The notes beneath the pieces were generated by a model. The model worked only from the letters and a program-made list of their open reading frames with translations. It did not search any database and was not told the DNA's origin. Shown here piece by piece: positions 57,843 to 64,000 of a stretch of 64,000 nt of DNA (position 1 is the first letter of the stretch; every line of letters starts with the position of its first letter). A program made the translations under genes and the position numbers. The stretch is from positions 51,258 to 115,257 of the forward strand of contig CBFGTS010000013.1 of the NCBI GenBank assembly GCA_965652295.1, in the 5' to 3' direction. This DNA comes from an uncultured Haloferula sp. (GTDB lineage: Bacteria; Verrucomicrobiota; Verrucomicrobiia; Verrucomicrobiales; Akkermansiaceae).

Positions 57843-60800
57843 ATGAAACCCGGATCTTCGAATCACTCCACTCTCAGCAGGATGGAGTCCGGCTTCGCCC
57901 TGATCGTCACGATCTCCCTGATGGTTCTCCTCACGCTCCTGGCGGTGGGGCTTCTCAGCTTGTCGTCGATCAACCTCAGGAGTGCCGGACAAACAAGCAA
58001 GGTCGCCCAGGCGCGCGCCAATGCGCGGCTGGCTCTCATGATGGCGATCGGCGACCTGCAGAAACTGGCCGGCGTGGACCAACGGATTACGGCCCGCTCC
58101 GACATCCGCGACGAACACATTCAAAACCCCCGGCTCACCGGCGTATGGACCGGATGGGAGCTGGATGTGAACAGCCCGCCCACTGCGAGCGACTATGATG
58201 AGGGAAGCAAAGATCGCGAATTCCTCGGTTGGCTCGCGTCGAGCCGCAACATCCGGGAAAGGCAACAAGCCGACTACGCCACGAAAGAACTGACTGATCC
58301 CGTCGAAGTTCTCGGCAAGGGGACATTGGGCGAACTCGCGAAGGATGAAGACATCGTCCAAGTCGAGAAAATGCTCCTTTCGTCCAGCTCCGGCGGCATG
58401 GCCTGGGCGGTCTTCGACGAGGGCGTCAAAGCCCGCATCAACACCCCCTACTCCGACGAGCCGGAAACGGATGCTCAAAAAATGGCGCAACTCGGTAGCG
58501 GCGTTCGCGCCAACACTTCCTCCATCACCGGTTTGGAAGCCCTCGACCGCTCGAAGTTCAAACAGGACTCCCACAGCTATTCGCAGCTCGCCAAAAGCGT
58601 CACGAGGAACACCCTCCATCTTGCGGCCGAGGAGGTCGGCGGGACCAAGAAGGAAGAGATCGAGCCGCTTTTCCACGACATCTCCACGGAATCCTCAGGC
58701 ATCCTCGCCGATGTCGCCAATGGGGGCCTCAAGGAAGATTTGAACCTCGCCCTCAGCGGTGACGTTGCCGAAGACTTCAAGGGCAAGGGGGTCTATGAAA
58801 CCCTGCTCGATTTGGACGACGATGCCGACCCATCGTGGGACACCTTCGCCGAGTTCGCCAATCTCTTCACGAGCAGCGGGTCGATCATCGAGCGCGGAGA
58901 CATGCCCACCCTGCGCGCCACCGCCCCTCGAACCTGGCTCGCGGCCCGCGGATCCAACCCGAACACCGGAAACCCCGGCCGCGTCACGACCGTCGCGCCG
59001 GACGGAGCCCTCCTGATGCCTAACATCGCCAAAGTGCAGATCGTGTTCAGTCTCCTCACCCGGGATATCTACAATTATTCACGCACGGCCGACACGGCGG
59101 GCATGCCGGGGTCCGCCCCCGAAAACCCCTTGCACAGTCCTTGGGGTGAAAACTTCAGAGGCTCACAGTACGACTATCTCCTTCACCTGCTCTACACGCC
59201 CGTCGTCACCCTGCACAATCCCTACAATGTCGCCCTCGAGTTCTCGCAGTTCAAAGTCAACTTCGGCAACGTCCCCTTCGCTCTGAAGATCTATCGCAAT
59301 CGAGTGGCCCAGACAGCCGACTTCGCGCCGCTCGATACCATGTATTATCAGCAGTCCGAGACCGGCAGGCAGCACAAGCGCTTCGGCATGAGTCTCAAAA
59401 CCAATGCCGGAAACGCCGACCGGCCCCGGCCCGGTTCCACGACGTTCCGCCTGCTGCCGGGGGAGGTGATGATGTTTTCCCCGTACATCGATCCCGACCG
59501 CACCTGGGCTCAGGAATACCAGAACCGCACCTTCTCCGACTGGGACACCGGCTCCGGCGCCACGCGGACTCTCACCATCGATGCCATCCCCGGCTGGCGG
59601 GGCGATGGCATCGGCTTCGACCTCGATTGGTTCTGCCCGTCCTACGCGAAGCCCTCCTCGACCTACGAAAGAGAGGGCTCGAAGCAGATGCACCGCGGCG
59701 GCTGCATCGGGGCGCGGCGGCAGGATGAATTCTATGTCGAATTCGCCCCGCTCAGCGTCCCCAACCTCAGCCAGAACAAATACACCATCGAACTCTTCGG
59801 GCAGACCGCCGGATCGAAAAGCCAATCGTCGTTGGTCGTCGTGGAGATGGACTACGAAAGCCCCACGGGTCTCCAGGAGCTTCTGCTGGGCGAGCGCGGA
59901 CGGCTTCGCTATCCGCCGGACGGCACCATCAACGCCTTGGAAATGCACTCCCACTCGCAGACACCGATCAAGGAGATCGCCACCGCCAAACCCTTCGCAG
60001 TGGTCAGCGCCCAGGCAAAAGCCACCTACGGCGGCCTCGAGCAGAGCGGCGAGGACGGAAGGCTCGCCACCATGCCGTGGGCCTTCGCCCACGCCTCGGT
60101 GGGAGCCGCTTCCCAGAAGATGCTGAGCGAGCATCACGCCAACCATTCTCATGAGTTCGACATCACCATGCTGGAAAACGGCACCACCAATCTGATGCAG
60201 TACGACCCGGAAACCGGACGCGGCAACGCCATCACCGGCCAAACCGGTGCCACGGGCCGCAAGTTCGGCATCATGTATGAGATCCCCTTCGCACCGTTGC
60301 AGAGCTTCTCCCAGCTCAACGGCTACAACCCCGGCGGCTCGACGATCCACCTCCCGCGCTTCGCCCAGCCCATCGGCAACTCCTGGGCCCACCCGCTTCT
60401 GCCGTCCCACAGTTTGAAGCAACAAGGAACCACCGGGCCCATGCTGGACCACTCGTTCCTCCTCAACACCGCCTTCTACGACCGGTTCTACTTCTCGGGA
60501 CTCGCCGACCACGGCGGTGCCTATGGCGACAGCTCCCTCACCAAGGACAAGCTGGCGCAGGACTTCGCCGATGGCGAACCCCTCACCGACCCCCGCTTCT
60601 TCTTCGCCCCGCCGACGGGAAAGACCGAAAGCGATTTCCTCGATGTCGTGGACGCCGACGATGGCTACCGCCAACTCGCCGCCTGGCAGAAGTTCAAGGG
60701 GGCTTTCAACATCAACTCCACCTCCGTCGAGGCATGGAAGGCGATGCTTTCCTCCGTGCACGACGACGAAGCCGTCTTCAACCGGATCGACGAAAGCGGC

Positions 60801-61502
60801 GAAAGCACCTCCCTCGCCAACCTTCCGCAGGTCGACTCCAAAGCCAACGAGACGAGAATCAGCCGCTTCCGCCTTCCTGCCTCGGAGTCCGTGGACGATG
60901 CCAGTCAACCCCTCCAGGCCTACTGGCTGGGTCCCCGGGAGTATTCCGAAGACGAGATCGAGACCCTCGCCGAACGCATCGTGGAACAGGTCAGGGAACG
61001 CGGTCCGTTCCGCTCCATGTCCGAATTCGTGAACCGGCAGTTGAACTCCGGCGACGCCGCCCTCTGCGGAGCCCTGCAACAGGCGATCGACGAAAGCCGC
61101 CTCAACGAATCCGTGGCCAACGAGAATGAGGCCGGCTTCGCCATCAGCTCCTCGCAGGTCGATGAATACCACTACGCCTTTCCCGAGGCCGGCACCGGAC
61201 TCAGCTCTCGCGGCGCTCCCGGTCACCTCAGCCAGGCCGACCTCTTGACCGTTCTGGGCAACGCCGCCACCCCCCGCTCGGACACCTTCACCATCCGGGC
61301 CTACGGCGAGGTCACCAACGAGGCGGGGCAGACGATTGCTTCCGCCATGTGCGAAGCGGTCGTGCAACGCGATGTCGAATACCTGGACCCAGAGGACGAA
61401 CCGCACATCAAGCCCGACGAACTCTCCAGCGAGGTGAATAAAACCATGGGACGCCGATACGACATCGTCTCTTTCCGCTGGCTGACCAAAGACGAAATAT
61501 GA
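57843..61502 (+). CDS. Verru_Chthon cassette protein A-like (PilX/pseudopilin-type N-terminus)
   Basis: GFALIVTISLMVLLTLLAVG N-terminus, ARANARLAL..LQ..G.DQR.TA, DEGVKA, NINSTSVEAW, RSDTFTIRAYG, C-terminal FRWL..DEI. Confidence 0.75.
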   Translation: MKPGSSNHSTLSRMESGFALIVTISLMVLLTLLAVGLLSLSSINLRSAGQTSKVAQARANARLALMMAIGDLQKLAGVDQRITARSDIRDEHIQNPRLTGVWTGWELDVNSPPTASDYDEGSKDREFLGWLASSRNIRERQQADYATKELTDPVEVLGKGTLGELAKDEDIVQVEKMLLSSSSGGMAWAVFDEGVKARINTPYSDEPETDAQKMAQLGSGVRANTSSITGLEALDRSKFKQDSHSYSQLAKSVTRNTLHLAAEEVGGTKKEEIEPLFHDISTESSGILADVANGGLKEDLNLALSGDVAEDFKGKGVYETLLDLDDDADPSWDTFAEFANLFTSSGSIIERGDMPTLRATAPRTWLAARGSNPNTGNPGRVTTVAPDGALLMPNIAKVQIVFSLLTRDIYNYSRTADTAGMPGSAPENPLHSPWGENFRGSQYDYLLHLLYTPVVTLHNPYNVALEFSQFKVNFGNVPFALKIYRNRVAQTADFAPLDTMYYQQSETGRQHKRFGMSLKTNAGNADRPRPGSTTFRLLPGEVMMFSPYIDPDRTWAQEYQNRTFSDWDTGSGATRTLTIDAIPGWRGDGIGFDLDWFCPSYAKPSSTYEREGSKQMHRGGCIGARRQDEFYVEFAPLSVPNLSQNKYTIELFGQTAGSKSQSSLVVVEMDYESPTGLQELLLGERGRLRYPPDGTINALEMHSHSQTPIKEIATAKPFAVVSAQAKATYGGLEQSGEDGRLATMPWAFAHASVGAASQKMLSEHHANHSHEFDITMLENGTTNLMQYDPETGRGNAITGQTGATGRKFGIMYEIPFAPLQSFSQLNGYNPGGSTIHLPRFAQPIGNSWAHPLLPSHSLKQQGTTGPMLDHSFLLNTAFYDRFYFSGLADHGGAYGDSSLTKDKLAQDFADGEPLTDPRFFFAPPTGKTESDFLDVVDADDGYRQLAAWQKFKGAFNINSTSVEAWKAMLSSVHDDEAVFNRIDESGESTSLANLPQVDSKANETRISRFRLPASESVDDASQPLQAYWLGPREYSEDEIETLAERIVEQVRERGPFRSMSEFVNRQLNSGDAALCGALQQAIDESRLNESVANENEAGFAISSSQVDEYHYAFPEAGTGLSSRGAPGHLSQADLLTVLGNAATPRSDTFTIRAYGEVTNEAGQTIASAMCEAVVQRDVEYLDPEDEPHIKPDELSSEVNKTMGRRYDIVSFRWLTKDEI

Positions 61503-61519
61503 TCCAGTTCCAAAATCCC

Positions 61520-62212
61520 ATGATGAGATCCGCCCGCCTCGCCCTTTTCGTTTTATCCGCTCTCATCTCCGGTACTCATGCGGAGGAAAGTAGAAACATC
61601 TCTTGCCGCTTCGTGAGCTTCGCAGGCGGTGCCAGCGGCAGCACCGAAATCGTCACCACCGGCCCGGCCGGCAACTCGGCACCGATCGCCGTCTCCAGCT
61701 CCCGGATTTCCAAACCGATCGCTCTCAGCGTTCCCGGCACGCAACTGCCGTTTCTGAACGCGGACGACAAGACTCCTCTCGCCACCGCCACGCTCCCTCC
61801 CGGCCTGAAGAACGCGCTGATCGTCTTCGTCACGAATCCCTCGAAGCGACCCGGCGCGGAAAACACAACCCGAGCCCTCGTCATTGACGATAGCTCCAAG
61901 TCCTACCCCGATGGAGGCGCGTTCGTCGCCAACTTCCAGCCGGGAGTGATCCGCTTCGTGCTCGGAGAGCACAAAGGCATGCTGAAGCCCGGAACCGCCC
62001 ACGGCTACCCGATGCCCAGGCAACGGAACAGTTTCAACATGGCTCCGGTCATCGTCGAATTCGAAACGAAAGAATCCAAGTGGGTCACCGCCAACGAAAG
62101 CGAACTCCGGTTCCTCCCCGGACTTCGCTATCTGATCATCGCCTACACCGATCCCACGAGCGGGCGGCCCAAGATCAAGACCTTCCAGGACCACTCCAAG
62201 CCCGCCACCTGA
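61520..62212 (+). CDS. secreted hypothetical protein, partner of Verru_Chthon-A-like gene
   Basis: signal peptide; directly follows upstream gene. Confidence 0.7.
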   Translation: MMRSARLALFVLSALISGTHAEESRNISCRFVSFAGGASGSTEIVTTGPAGNSAPIAVSSSRISKPIALSVPGTQLPFLNADDKTPLATATLPPGLKNALIVFVTNPSKRPGAENTTRALVIDDSSKSYPDGGAFVANFQPGVIRFVLGEHKGMLKPGTAHGYPMPRQRNSFNMAPVIVEFETKESKWVTANESELRFLPGLRYLIIAYTDPTSGRPKIKTFQDHSKPAT

Positions 62213-62346
62213 ATCCCTCACAACCCGGCTCCGCCCTGTTGCGAACGGCGACGAGCACAAGGCGGGAGGGCACAGGTGATAGCGCGGAACGATCGCCACG
62301 CCCCTTGCACCCCTGAAGCGATTTCCCCATGCTTCCCGGGAAATCC

Positions 62347-63510
62347 ATGAAAAATCTCCATCGCCTGATCCCCGCCCTACCGTTCCTCGCCGCCCTCGCC
62401 CCGGGGGCCGAACTCACGGTCAAAGCCACCAACCCGCTTCACACGGAACGCGAGGTGGAAACGCTCGAGCTCACGGCCGCCCAGCTCGCCCCCCTCGGAG
62501 CCGCCGACCTGCGCACGATCCACGTTAAGGACGGTTCCGGCAACAAGGTGCTCTGTCAGGCCGTGGACACCGATCTCGACGCTCTTCACACCCCGGACAT
62601 CGTTGTTTTTCAATCCAGCTTCGGACCCGGTGAGTCGAAGACCTTCACCGTGACCACGGGCGAGAAGCAGGTCTATCACAAGGACGACTTCAAGGTTTTC
62701 GGCCGCTTCAATCGCGAACGCTTCGACGACTTCGCGTGGGAAAACGACCGCATCGCCCACCGCACCTACGGCCACGCGCTGGAAACCTGGAAAGGCGAAC
62801 CCTTGATCAGTAGCACCATCGACGTCTGGTCGAAGCGCACACCGAAGATGGTGATCAACGACTGGTATCTCGCTGACGACTACCACGCCGACCACGGCGA
62901 GGGCGCCGACCTCTACTCCGCCGGTCCCACCCGCGGCTGCGGCGGCAGCGGCATCTGGGCCGGCGACCGACTGTGGACGTCACGCAACTTCGTCGAGTCC
63001 CGCGTGCTCGCCAACGGCCCGATCCGTCTCATCTTCGAACTCGATTACGAGCCGTGGCGCGTCGGCGACATCGCCGTCGCCGAGGTCAAGCGCGTCACCC
63101 TCGACGCCGGCTCGCAGCTCAACCACATCCGTAGTACGTTCAAGCAGTTCACCCGCCCCGGACAGGCGGTGGCACTCACCGCCGGCATCGGCTTGAAAAA
63201 AGTCCCCGGAGAAGTTCGCGCCTCCGATCCCGCCGCCGGCTGGCTCGCCAAGTGGGAACCGGTCTCAGGAAACAACGGCCACCAAGGGCTGGCAGTGATC
63301 GTCCATCCGGCCGGCTTCCAGCAGGCTGAGGACGAACTCAACCACCTCGCCCTCTCACCGGTCCCGGTCCCCGGCGCGGTCGACTACTGGACCGGCTTCG
63401 CCTGGGACAAAGCCGGCCACATCACCGACTTCGACGCGTGGAAAGCCTACCTCGCCGACTTCGTCCAACGCCGCGACGCGCCGATCGCGCTGACGATTTC
63501 CGCGCGGTGA
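62347..63510 (+). CDS. DUF4861-like secreted protein
   Basis: ERFDDFAWENDRIAHRTYG, DVWSKRT, YH.DHGEG.D.Y..GP.RGCGG. Confidence 0.8.
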   Translation: MKNLHRLIPALPFLAALAPGAELTVKATNPLHTEREVETLELTAAQLAPLGAADLRTIHVKDGSGNKVLCQAVDTDLDALHTPDIVVFQSSFGPGESKTFTVTTGEKQVYHKDDFKVFGRFNRERFDDFAWENDRIAHRTYGHALETWKGEPLISSTIDVWSKRTPKMVINDWYLADDYHADHGEGADLYSAGPTRGCGGSGIWAGDRLWTSRNFVESRVLANGPIRLIFELDYEPWRVGDIAVAEVKRVTLDAGSQLNHIRSTFKQFTRPGQAVALTAGIGLKKVPGEVRASDPAAGWLAKWEPVSGNNGHQGLAVIVHPAGFQQAEDELNHLALSPVPVPGAVDYWTGFAWDKAGHITDFDAWKAYLADFVQRRDAPIALTISAR

Positions 63511-63666
63511 GTTGCATGACGATCTGGCCACCAAGTCCTGCCTCTTCTCCTCTCATCCCTAGATCCGTTCTTCGTTTTTGCCAGAGGATTCAAGCCACCC
63601 TCCCGGCACAACCTTACTCATGACTGGCCTACCATTCGTAGCTTTCGCGAACGCGAAAGCGAAGAA

Positions 63667-63685
63667 TGGTCGGGGTGGCGGGATT
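63667..63685 (-). repeat. duplicated 3' end of tRNA-Pro (att-like direct repeat)
   Basis: TGGTCGGGGTGGCGGGATT identical to 63850-63868. Confidence 0.85.
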
Positions 63686-63810
63686 GACTTCGCTGCACTC
63701 CGTCCAATCCAGTCAGCAACCTGCGGTTGCCCCAGGATTCGGTCGTGAAACTCCCGGGAGCTTTCAAATCCCTCTCGCTTCGCTCAAGAGGGCTCACTTG
63801 CCACGCGGAA

Positions 63811-63853
63811 ACCAAACTCCCCCGCCCAGGCAAGCTGGGCGGGGGAGTTTGGT
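63811..63853 (-). terminator. hairpin downstream of tRNA-Pro
   Basis: ACCAAACTCCCCCGCCCAG / CTGGGCGGGGGAGTTTGGT perfect 19-bp stem that includes the tRNA ACCA end. Confidence 0.7.
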
Positions 63854-63926
63854 CGGGGTGGCGGGATTCGAACCCACGGCCTCTTCGTCCCGAACGAAGC
63901 GCGCTACCAGACTGCGCCACACCCCG
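63850..63926 (-). tRNA. tRNA-Pro (CGG)
   Basis: 77-nt cloverleaf, anticodon arm CTTCG-TTCGGGA-CGAAG, GTTCGAATC T-loop, encoded CCA. Confidence 0.97.
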
Positions 63927-63933
63927 AGGAAAA

Positions 63934-64000
63934 TGGCGCACCCGCAGGGATTCGAACCCCAAACCTTCTGATCCGTAGTCAGATGCTCTATCCAATTGAG
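63934..64000 (-). tRNA. tRNA-Arg (ACG), 5' end beyond window
   Basis: anticodon arm TCTGA-CTACGGA-TCAGA, GTTCGAATC, encoded CCA. Confidence 0.93.

Noticed and set aside
1..64000. Transposases, integrases, prophage or defence systems
   Set aside because: No such motifs recognised in any ORF

Overview
High-GC bacterial chromosome segment. PEP-CTERM proteins, an ECF sigma/FecR-LamG pair and a Verru_Chthon-A-like gene suggest a verrucomicrobium (Luteolibacter/Haloferula-like; inference). Layout: (i) 0-10 kb housekeeping genes (pepP, nadK, trxB, smc); smc has tandem NrdR-like boxes upstream and a structured intergenic element downstream. (ii) 10-20.6 kb clade II nitrous-oxide reductase cluster (ric, CusF-SCO, azurin-like, nosZ-B-D-F-Y, no nosL), divergent from an Rrf2 regulator-HAD-PLP decarboxylase operon. 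(iii) 20.7-63.5 kb large xylan/arabinoxylan utilisation region (GPH transporter, 3x GH43, GH67, GH10, GH51, GH115, CE1, CE6, SGNH) with no SusC/D. Ten copies of a LacI-type operator tie it together, and these also precede non-CAZyme genes: a PEP-CTERM protein, a cytochrome c-PA14/propeller pair, a 1300-aa surface protein and a pilin-like Verru_Chthon A gene. An operator-free sulfatase/ECF block carrying an unrecognised ~215-aa repeated domain interrupts it. (iv) tRNA-Pro and tRNA-Arg at the right edge, with a duplicated tRNA-Pro 3' end. All family calls come from motif recognition by eye; no database searches were run.
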